A stretch of DNA of 64,000 bases, taken from IMG/VR virus record IMGVR_UViG_3300043449_002710, positions 62,001 to 126,000 of that record. One strand, given 5' to 3'. Numbering within the stretch: the stretch's first letter is position 1; each line of letters begins with the position of its first letter. Below, in pieces: positions 57,265 through 64,000 of this stretch. A model generated the notes under the pieces. It did no database searches, had not been told where the DNA came from, and saw only the letters and a list, made by a program, of their open reading frames with translations. A program made the position numbers and the translations under genes.

Positions 57265-57303
57265 ACTTGAGTTATTTTTAAGGGGCTGACTTGAGGACAA
57301 AAC

Positions 57304-57633
57304 ATGGCTAACGCCCCGACCCCTTTAAAATCCGAACGACTTTTGCAGGTAGCGCGAGCTACACTGGAAAAGGGGGATTTAGATTTGGCCAAAGAAATCA
57401 CAGTTTTAGCTCTGAGATCTGAAGACGCCGTCGAAGCTTTAGACAAATTGCTTCCGACCGTTCCAGAGCCTGAAATTCCTGAAGACGAATTAGAATTGTC
57501 GGATAATCAGGTGGCCAAAATTCGAGCTGTAGCCAACGAGCTTTTTGATCTGAAAAAGCAGAAGCTCGCCCATACTATCCTTGCCCGGTTGGATCGCATT
57601 GACGCAGCTAAGAAAAAACGCAAGTCGTCATAA
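57304..57633 (+). CDS. hypothetical helical protein
   Basis: 109-aa ORF, GAGG RBS, TTATTTTTA upstream. Confidence 0.65.
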   Translation: MANAPTPLKSERLLQVARATLEKGDLDLAKEITVLALRSEDAVEALDKLLPTVPEPEIPEDELELSDNQVAKIRAVANELFDLKKQKLAHTILARLDRIDAAKKKRKSS

Positions 57634-57795
57634 CTACTACCGCAAGGGTTCCTGGGATGACCCCAGGAACCCTGATAATTAGAGAGAGAGGAGTAGTATG
57701 CGAAGATGGTGCAAAAGATAAGCCCAACGCACAAGGGTCCCCCAAGCTAGCGGTCTGACTAAATACAATTTCTATTCCGACTTATTTTTTATAGT

Positions 57796-57972
57796 ATGCG
57801 TATTCAAATTTGCCCAGAATGCCATGTCGCTTTATTAGAGCCCTACCCGCATCGGCAAACTTTGCCGCCTTGGATGAAATGCCCGTGCTGCGGGTACACT
57901 GAGGCCGCGCAAGAACGAGAAGCGGCAGAATCAGATCTGAATTCAAGAGAGTCTAAAAATAGACCTGGGTGA
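57796..57972 (+). CDS. small Zn-ribbon protein, 58 aa (not in ORF track)
   Basis: My translation: MRIQICPECHVALLEPYPHRQTLPPWMKCPCCGYTE...; TTATTTTTTA just upstream. Confidence 0.6.
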   Translation: MRIQICPECHVALLEPYPHRQTLPPWMKCPCCGYTEAAQEREAAESDLNSRESKNRPG

Positions 57973-57974
57973 GG

Positions 57975-58139
57975 TTAATTTTTTGTGCAGTTGCAATAAC
58001 AGCATTTAAACCCGAAGTCGTTTGAGTTCTTGCAGACTTCACAGACCCACTTTGAAAACAAAGGATCGATTTCCACCTGACACTTAGGACGATTTGAAAA
58101 TTCTTTTTGGCTGTCGTCGGTGATTAGCTCAGGTTTCAT
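57975..58139 (-). CDS. small RanBP2-like Zn-finger protein, 54 aa (not in ORF track)
   Basis: My translation ends KWVCEVCKNSNDFGFKCCYCNCTKN. Confidence 0.55.
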   Translation of the reverse strand: MKPELITDDSQKEFSNRPKCQVEIDPLFSKWVCEVCKNSNDFGFKCCYCNCTKN

Positions 58140-58277
58140 CTTTTCATCTTTTTTCTTTTCCTGTAGTTCGAGGATCGGAATGCCTCACATCTTTTACAGA
58201 TCTGTGCCCCGGTCTTCGTATGCCTTCTGATGTTGTTCTCTAAAAGAGCGTGCCCTCTTTTACAGAATTCGCGTTCT

Positions 58278-58526
58278 TTAATCGGAGATTTCTCGGACAC
58301 GATAAGAAGTTTTCCTTTCAGACTGAACCAAAAATTTCCGAGGCGTGTCGTGCTTAGTATCTTTTAACCAGATCCCGCGTTCCGATCTGAAGTCGGTCGC
58401 TAAAAGATCCAAGGTGTGGCTCTCCATAATTTCCTGGGCGGTTTGATGATAACCGTAAGGGGACTGCCAAAGCTTGGCTTTCTCGGATTCCCACTCCCCG
58501 AAACAATAAAGATATTGAAATCTCAT
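58278..58526 (-). CDS. hypothetical protein
   Basis: 82-aa ORF, GGGGA RBS. Confidence 0.5.
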   Translation of the reverse strand: MRFQYLYCFGEWESEKAKLWQSPYGYHQTAQEIMESHTLDLLATDFRSERGIWLKDTKHDTPRKFLVQSERKTSYRVREISD

Positions 58527-58607
58527 GGTTCCCCTGAATCTAAAATGTGTTTTAGGCTGAAAAGCTTATTTCAAATAAGCTTTGATGACTAGGTTATTTT
58601 TTAGGGG

Positions 58608-58946
58608 ATGAGACCTTTGGACACCTTAACCGATCGTTATCCTCTAATCGCGGCAGTCCTTGCGGATCTTCCTCTGCCTAAATTGAGTAAGCCTCAATTC
58701 TGGAAACGAAACTTTGTTCAAACTAAGAACCGACCCGCTAAAAGACTTGGAATTGAACTGAAGACTTTCTTCGATTGGAACAGAAATAAACACCCTAGGG
58801 GTTCTTATGTGACCCCCAAAGATTTGATTCGAATCCTGAATATGAGCGACAAGGAAAGGGTTCGAATCCCGATGGTCATTGAATACCTGCTCGCTAGAAA
58901 AACCATTCAAAAAACCAGTATCCCTGACAAGTATCGACTGATCTGA
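58608..58946 (+). CDS. hypothetical basic protein
   Basis: 112-aa ORF, AGGGG RBS, TTATTTTTTA upstream. Confidence 0.6.
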   Translation: MRPLDTLTDRYPLIAAVLADLPLPKLSKPQFWKRNFVQTKNRPAKRLGIELKTFFDWNRNKHPRGSYVTPKDLIRILNMSDKERVRIPMVIEYLLARKTIQKTSIPDKYRLI

Positions 58947-58955
58947 GGAGGAGAG

Positions 58956-59249
58956 ATGCAGTACGGGAAATTGATCAGTTTAAAAACCCAAAAGACTTGG
59001 CAAGGGTATTATTCTAATCCGCCTTGTCCTGGGGAGACTTTCCTCTTGTCAGGAGATGCCGATAGCCTTAGTTTTCAAACCACGGTTGTTTTCAGAGTCA
59101 TTAAGATCCCATCCCAACTGAGAAAAGTAACCCTCTTCACTCAAGCTTATCCTGAGCAATCAAGGCCAGGGGATTATTTCTTTGTCACCCAAGAAGAATC
59201 CTTTTTGCTTCAGCCCTACTCTCCACCATTTACTAATGATGCCGCTTAA
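58956..59249 (+). CDS. hypothetical protein
   Basis: 97-aa ORF, GAGGAG RBS. Confidence 0.6.
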   Translation: MQYGKLISLKTQKTWQGYYSNPPCPGETFLLSGDADSLSFQTTVVFRVIKIPSQLRKVTLFTQAYPEQSRPGDYFFVTQEESFLLQPYSPPFTNDAA

Positions 59250-59260
59250 TTTAGTAAAAA

Positions 59261-60181
59261 TTGATAATGAAGAAATGTCGGTTTCCTGATTGCCCTGCCA
59301 CCAAACTTCAGCGTTTTGGCCTATGCAATAAACATCGGAAATGGGTTGAAAAAGGTTATTACTCGGAAGACCTTCGGCTTTTAAAACCCATGACGAGGAC
59401 GAGTACCCCCACGGTTTGCAAAATCAAGGACTGCAAAAACCCCCACGCCTCTCTCGGGTTTTGCGTGAAACATTACCGCAGATTTAAAGATGGGATTCTC
59501 GATGCAAACGGTGATCAGCTTAGGGAATTCAAACGCCCGATCAAATACCCCAAAGACATGGAATGCTTTTTGTGTGGGAAAAAAGGAAAGATCGTCAAAG
59601 GGTTTTGCCGGTTCCATTACCCTCAGTATTTAAAAGGCATCATCGACTACGATGGGGTGACATTAAGAAAATTAAAACGAGTGCAACGATACGAAAGTTG
59701 GCAGACGTGTAAAGCCAAAGGGTGCCGGAAAAAACCCAGAGCCAAAGGCTGGTGCAATTCCCATAAAGCTTCTTTTGACCGTGGGCTCTATAATCTCAAG
59801 GGCGAGAGGCTGGCTCCCTCGTTTGCTAAAAACAAAGACAGGCCTTGCTCTACTCCTCAATGTGGCCAGCCCGCTCACTGTAAAGGGCTATGCAGGCTTC
59901 ACTACAATCGGCAACGCACAGGCTATCTCGGGCCTGCTGGGTTTAAAAACGTGGGCCACCCCTGTAGTGAAACAGGGTGCTCAAAAGAAGCCTATTGTCG
60001 AACCCTTTGCGTGCAGCACTATTTCAAATGGAAGAGAAAGAATTCCCCTAAAACCAAGGCAAATCCTTCCGGTCAGATTTCTTCAGGTACTCTAGAAAAC
60101 TCGATTGCTTCTGATCTCGAACAGAAAGAATCGGGTTTTGAATCGGCCACTCGATCCGAAGCTCTGGGTCATTCCACATGA
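59261..60181 (+). CDS. six-repeat CCCH zinc-finger protein
   Basis: Six C-x(2-4)-C-x(8-10)-C-x2-H units; highly basic. Confidence 0.75.
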   Translation: MIMKKCRFPDCPATKLQRFGLCNKHRKWVEKGYYSEDLRLLKPMTRTSTPTVCKIKDCKNPHASLGFCVKHYRRFKDGILDANGDQLREFKRPIKYPKDMECFLCGKKGKIVKGFCRFHYPQYLKGIIDYDGVTLRKLKRVQRYESWQTCKAKGCRKKPRAKGWCNSHKASFDRGLYNLKGERLAPSFAKNKDRPCSTPQCGQPAHCKGLCRLHYNRQRTGYLGPAGFKNVGHPCSETGCSKEAYCRTLCVQHYFKWKRKNSPKTKANPSGQISSGTLENSIASDLEQKESGFESATRSEALGHST

Positions 60182-60614
60182 TCCCGCCCTCGGTTTTGGG
60201 ATTATAGAGCTGATCGACTTTGTAAAGGACATCGGCAGGCTCATCACCTAAGACGCAAAAGCCATGAGCAAAGCCTGCTGGAATCCAAAGAAGCTTACCA
60301 TTCATGTCGCTCAATTCCACGCCAACATGCTTTCCAAAAGTGGGACTATCGACGCGGATATCCACCGCGACATCCCAGATCCTGCCTCGGATAACGCCCA
60401 CAAGCTTTCCTTGCGCGGGTTGTTCTTGGTAGTGAAGCCCTCGGAGGATGCCTGGGGCCGAGCGGGAATGATTGTCTTGGGCGAAAAGGGCGGGAAGCCC
60501 TGCCTCCAAAAACTTTTCCTTTTGGAAGCGCTCCACAAAAAAACCTCGCTCATCGCCGTGGAGGTTCAACTCGACCAATTTCAGTCCTTCTAGTCTAAGA
60601 GAGGTGACTTTCAT
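60048..60614 (-). CDS. rmlC: dTDP-4-dehydrorhamnose 3,5-epimerase
   Basis: D.RGFF.E, QDNHSRS..G.LRGLHYQ, DVAVD.R..SPTFG, LWIP.GFAHGF. Confidence 0.96.
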   Translation of the reverse strand: MKVTSLRLEGLKLVELNLHGDERGFFVERFQKEKFLEAGLPALFAQDNHSRSAPGILRGLHYQEQPAQGKLVGVIRGRIWDVAVDIRVDSPTFGKHVGVELSDMNGKLLWIPAGFAHGFCVLGDEPADVLYKVDQLYNPKTEGGIMWNDPELRIEWPIQNPILSVRDQKQSSFLEYLKKSDRKDLPWF

Positions 60615-61464
60615 ATTCTTCCCAGCAATCGTCTAAGCCTCGTTTCCAAGGCGGAAGTTTAACTCCTAAAGTCTTAAAAACCTTTTCCGTGTTCAATTTA
60701 GAATTCTTGGGCCGTTGAGCGCGAGTCGGAAACTCGGCACTTTTAATCGGTCGAACCTTTAAGGGGATTTTTGCTCGGTGAAAAATGGCTTGGGCAAACT
60801 CATACCAAGATGTCTCCCCCGAATTACACAGATGATAAACCCCACTAGGAAACTCGGGAAGATCAAGCGCTCGATCCAAAGCTCTCAAAGTCGCTGCAGC
60901 TAAATGCGGAGCATAAGTTGGGGCACCGACTTGGTCAAAGACAATTGAGATCTCAGACATCTTTTCGCCAAGTCTCAGCATGGTTCGAAAGAAATTTTTT
61001 CCGTAAGCATCATAGACCCAAGAAGTCCGAAAGATGAGGCTCTTAGGAGCCCGCTGAAGAACCGAGGCTTCGCCTAGAAGCTTGGCAGCCCCGTAGGCAT
61101 TGATGGGCTTCGGTATATCGTCTTCGCGCCAAGGCAGAAAACCTGTGCCCGGGAAAACATAGTCTGTCGAGTAATGGATCAAGGGGATCTCTCGCTTGGC
61201 GCACCAATCGGCTAAAATCCCTGGCGCGTAGGCGTTCACCGCGAGATTGATTGAATTGTCCTGCTCCGCTTGATCGACTTGAGTGTAAGCCGCCGCATTG
61301 ATGATCGCTTTAGGCGGCTCTGGGCAAAGCCGAGTTAAATCTGCCTCCAAATGATCGAATAAACGAAAGTCGAGCTGCTGAGAATTAAACCCAACGCCTT
61401 CTGACCCCAGAAGATGGAGCAAAGCTCTTCCCACTTGGCCTGAGGCTCCAAGCACCGCAATCAC
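60595..61464 (-). CDS. rmlD: dTDP-4-dehydrorhamnose reductase
   Basis: [47 protein letters not shown]. Confidence 0.96.
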   Translation of the reverse strand: MIAVLGASGQVGRALLHLLGSEGVGFNSQQLDFRLFDHLEADLTRLCPEPPKAIINAAAYTQVDQAEQDNSINLAVNAYAPGILADWCAKREIPLIHYSTDYVFPGTGFLPWREDDIPKPINAYGAAKLLGEASVLQRAPKSLIFRTSWVYDAYGKNFFRTMLRLGEKMSEISIVFDQVGAPTYAPHLAAATLRALDRALDLPEFPSGVYHLCNSGETSWYEFAQAIFHRAKIPLKVRPIKSAEFPTRAQRPKNSKLNTEKVFKTLGVKLPPWKRGLDDCWEEYESHLS

Positions 61465-62339
61465 AGCACACGTCCTTCCTTGAGCACTTGCTCCAAATAA
61501 GTCCCGTAGGAAGTCTTACTATGGCGATCGGCATGAGCTTGAAGTTGATCCTCGGAGATGAATCCGTTTCGGTAGGCGATCTCTTCGAGACAGGCGATCT
61601 TCAAGCCTTGTCTTTTTTCAACCGTCTGCACAAAAAGTGAAGCGTCTAAGAGTGAGTCATAGGTTCCGCTATCGAGCCACGCCACCCCACGCCCCATTTT
61701 ATTGACCCTCAAGGCCCCTTGCCCTAAGTAGATTCGATTGATGTCGGTGATCTCCAATTCCCCGCGAGCCGAAGGCTTTAAGTTTTTCGCGATCTCCACT
61801 ACCTGCGAGTCATAGAAGTAAAGCCCGGTGACAGCCCAATTCGACTTGGGAAATTTTGGCTTTTCCTCGATACTCAAGGCTCTGCCTGTTCGGTCAAACT
61901 CGACCACCCCATAACGCTCAGGGTCGCTGACATGGTAGGCATAGATTTCAGCACCAGACTGAAGTTGGGTGGACAGTTGAAGATTTTTTCCCAACTGCTC
62001 AGAGTGAAAGATGTTGTCGCCTAAGATCAAACAGACTGGGGAATCTTGTAAGAACTCAGCCCCAAGCACAAAAGCCTGGGCGATCCCCTCAGGCCTAGGC
62101 TGTTCGACATACGAAAGCTCAACCCCAAAATCCGAACCATCCCCTAAGAGGGTTTGGATGCGGGGCAGGTCTTGAGGTGAGCTGATCACTAGGATCTCTC
62201 GGATGTCTGCAAGCATCAGAGTTGAAAGTGGGTAATAAATGGCGGGCTTGTCATAGACGGGCAAAAGCTGTTTGTTCACCGCTTTGGTGAGCGGGTAAAG
62301 CCTTGTCCCACTTCCTCCAGCCAAAACAATCCCTTTCAT
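61461..62339 (-). CDS. rmlA: glucose-1-phosphate thymidylyltransferase
   Basis: [58 protein letters not shown]; ATG 62339 overlaps the rmlB stop. Confidence 0.97.
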   Translation of the reverse strand: MKGIVLAGGSGTRLYPLTKAVNKQLLPVYDKPAIYYPLSTLMLADIREILVISSPQDLPRIQTLLGDGSDFGVELSYVEQPRPEGIAQAFVLGAEFLQDSPVCLILGDNIFHSEQLGKNLQLSTQLQSGAEIYAYHVSDPERYGVVEFDRTGRALSIEEKPKFPKSNWAVTGLYFYDSQVVEIAKNLKPSARGELEITDINRIYLGQGALRVNKMGRGVAWLDSGTYDSLLDASLFVQTVEKRQGLKIACLEEIAYRNGFISEDQLQAHADRHSKTSYGTYLEQVLKEGRVL

Positions 62340-63352
62340 TTGGATCTCCTCATCGTCACTGCCTGACACCAAGCCTCGTTTTCGAGATACCACTGCACGG
62401 TGTCTTTCAACCCCGCTTCAAAATTCGAATACTTGCGCTTAAAACCTAATTCTCGCTCCGCCAAAGAGTCGTCAATCGCATAGCGGTGGTCATGACCTAG
62501 CCTGTCTGTCACGAATTTGATCGCGCTTTCATGCGGTTTCCCATCGGAGCGCGGGTGCATTTGATCGAGTTCTTGGCAAATCGTTTTGACGACCTCTCTA
62601 TTGTTTCTTTCGGATCTTCCGCCAAAACAATAAGTGGCCCCAGGTCTTCCTTTTTCCAAAGCCAAGGAAATGCCTCGGCAGTGATCCTCGACATGAATCC
62701 AGTCTCGAATATTCCCACCGTCTCCATAAAGAGGGAGGTATTTGTCGGAAAGAGCGCAAGTGATCATGTAGGGAATGAGCTTCTCTGGGAATTGTCTTGG
62801 TCCATAATTGTTTGAGCAGTTGGTGATGATTGTAGGCAGTCTATAAGTATGATGCCAAGCGCGGACCAACATATCACCTGAAGCTTTGGAAGCCGAGTAA
62901 GGAGAGTTAGGCAGGTATGGGCTTTCTTCTGTGAAAAATCCTGTTGAGCCTAAAGAACCGTAAACCTCATCGGTTGAGACTTGGAGAAACTTGAAGTCTT
63001 TTTTCCTGCCTTCGGTATTCCAATATTCCAAAGAAGCCTGCAAGAGAGTGAAGACGCCTTGGATATTGGTTTCGATGAAAGCAGACGGATGATCAATGGA
63101 GCGATCGACATGGGATTCTGCAGCGAAGTTCACCACCGCATCCACAGAATATCGATTCAAGATCCCGCTCACCAAAAAAGAATCACAGATGTTCCCTGTG
63201 ACAAAGTCTAGCTCCAAGCCCTCTAGGTTTTCTCTGTGTCCCGCGTAGGTCAGAGCATCGAGCACGACGATCTGATCGCCTTGCTCTAGTCTTTGACGAA
63301 CAAAGGTGCTTCCAATAAACCCAGCCGCCCCAGTCACAAGAAGAGTCGCCAT
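62336..63352 (-). CDS. rmlB: dTDP-glucose 4,6-dehydratase
   Basis: [60 protein letters not shown]. Confidence 0.97.
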   Translation of the reverse strand: MATLLVTGAAGFIGSTFVRQRLEQGDQIVVLDALTYAGHRENLEGLELDFVTGNICDSFLVSGILNRYSVDAVVNFAAESHVDRSIDHPSAFIETNIQGVFTLLQASLEYWNTEGRKKDFKFLQVSTDEVYGSLGSTGFFTEESPYLPNSPYSASKASGDMLVRAWHHTYRLPTIITNCSNNYGPRQFPEKLIPYMITCALSDKYLPLYGDGGNIRDWIHVEDHCRGISLALEKGRPGATYCFGGRSERNNREVVKTICQELDQMHPRSDGKPHESAIKFVTDRLGHDHRYAIDDSLAERELGFKRKYSNFEAGLKDTVQWYLENEAWCQAVTMRRSK

Positions 63353-63378
63353 GACTAGGGTTTTACTAGAATCGCTAC

Positions 63379-63750
63379 TTATTTTTTATCGGCTGCATCC
63401 ATTTGGCGGCAGATCTTCTTGGCCCAAGACCAACCCGCATTTCCGCCCCAGAGAAGCCAAGCCACGTACCCCGCAGTCGTGTCATCGCCTTTGTATTTTA
63501 AATCGTCGGATTGATGGCGATCGAAGTAAGCTTTCATCCTACGCACAGTCGAAGGGGACAGAACCTTCCGATTGGAAAGATCCCTAGCTCTAGCGACACC
63601 CACTTCGGTCCCACCGCGATTGAGTTTCTTTCTTAACTCCAGCCCTCTTTTGGCATTGGAAGCCATCTGCTCAGTAGGTTTGAAGTTAATATGCTTATAT
63701 TTTTCAGGCGAAGAAGCTAATATTTTTTCTAGTGTGGGGTATTTAGACAT
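63379..63750 (-). CDS. conserved phage protein (RGLELR...GGT.VG.ARA...WGG.AG domain)
   Basis: NA.RGLELR....GGT.VGVARARDL...LS..TV.RM..YF.RH...AW.LWGG..G..W, a domain I recognise from phage genomes; function unknown. Confidence 0.7.
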   Translation of the reverse strand: MSKYPTLEKILASSPEKYKHINFKPTEQMASNAKRGLELRKKLNRGGTEVGVARARDLSNRKVLSPSTVRRMKAYFDRHQSDDLKYKGDDTTAGYVAWLLWGGNAGWSWAKKICRQMDAADKK

Positions 63751-63765
63751 AAACTAACAATAAGC

Positions 63766-64000
63766 TTATTGTTTTTTCACCCCGTAGAAATATAAATCCC
63801 TAGGATAAGAATTCACGAAAAAAGCAAACTCACTGAAAATGGCGTCCACGTGCAAGACTTGGCGAATATCTTTTTCGGTCAAATTCTTATAGTAATCAAA
63901 CCAATCGCCATGCGCCGCCAAGAGCGGGGCAGAGTTAGGATCTGTCCTGCGCGTGCCGTGTTCTGGCCTGCCTTCAGTTGCGCAGGTGAAAAGAAACAAC
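63766..64000 (-). CDS. C-terminal part of a probable class I SAM-dependent methyltransferase (5' end outside window)
   Basis: FTCAT.GRPEHGT.RT.P..AP.....DYY.NLTE.D...DLYF.G.K matches the C-terminus of a methyltransferase family I recall from glycan-related loci. Confidence 0.55.
   Translation of the reverse strand, partial: LFLFTCATEGRPEHGTRRTDPNSAPLLAAHGDWFDYYKNLTEKDIRQVLHVDAIFSEFAFFVNSYPRDLYFYGVKKQ

Noticed and set aside
62346-62393. Longer N-terminus of rmlA from the ORF track (MVSRKRG...)
   Set aside because: Conserved RmlA starts at MKGIVLAGG (ATG 62339), which overlaps the rmlB stop; the extension is rmlB sequence in another frame
1-64000. Stop-codon reassignment (TAG recoding), prompted by the CUA-centred tRNA-like element
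   Set aside because: Long structural and enzyme ORFs are complete under code 11, and TAG terminates genes at expected lengths (e.g. rmlC, rmlD, 3922..4491, 24524..26386)
1-64000. CRISPR array
   Set aside because: No series of equal-length repeats with unique spacers seen; only one 24-bp tandem duplication and short repeats

Overview
This 64 kb window reads as part of a large, probably jumbo-class, contractile-tailed phage (myovirus) genome in the standard genetic code. No bacterial housekeeping operons were seen. Layout: (i) about 1.8-30 kb, + strand, a baseplate module (gp25/W-like, baseplate J, wedge) followed by an unusually large set of tail-fibre, collar and adhesin-like genes; (ii) about 31-39 kb, a DNA-recombination module (gp32-like SSB, Cys-less thioredoxin fold, RecA/UvsX with a LAGLIDADG intein), a degenerate tRNA-like element, and tRNA-Tyr(GTA) plus tRNA-Asn(GTT); (iii) about 39.5-55.6 kb, modular virion-protein paralogues, a central-spike-like gene, an Amidase_2 endolysin, and the tail sheath and tube genes (minus strand), bracketed by two paralogous Zn-ribbon/PD-(D/E)XK/GNAT-like endonuclease genes; (iv) about 56-64 kb, accessory genes including several Zn-finger proteins, a complete rmlBADC dTDP-L-rhamnose operon and a partial SAM methyltransferase. 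A TTATTTT(T)A motif recurs just upstream of many genes and is a candidate phage promoter. All family calls come from motif recognition by eye; no database search was run.
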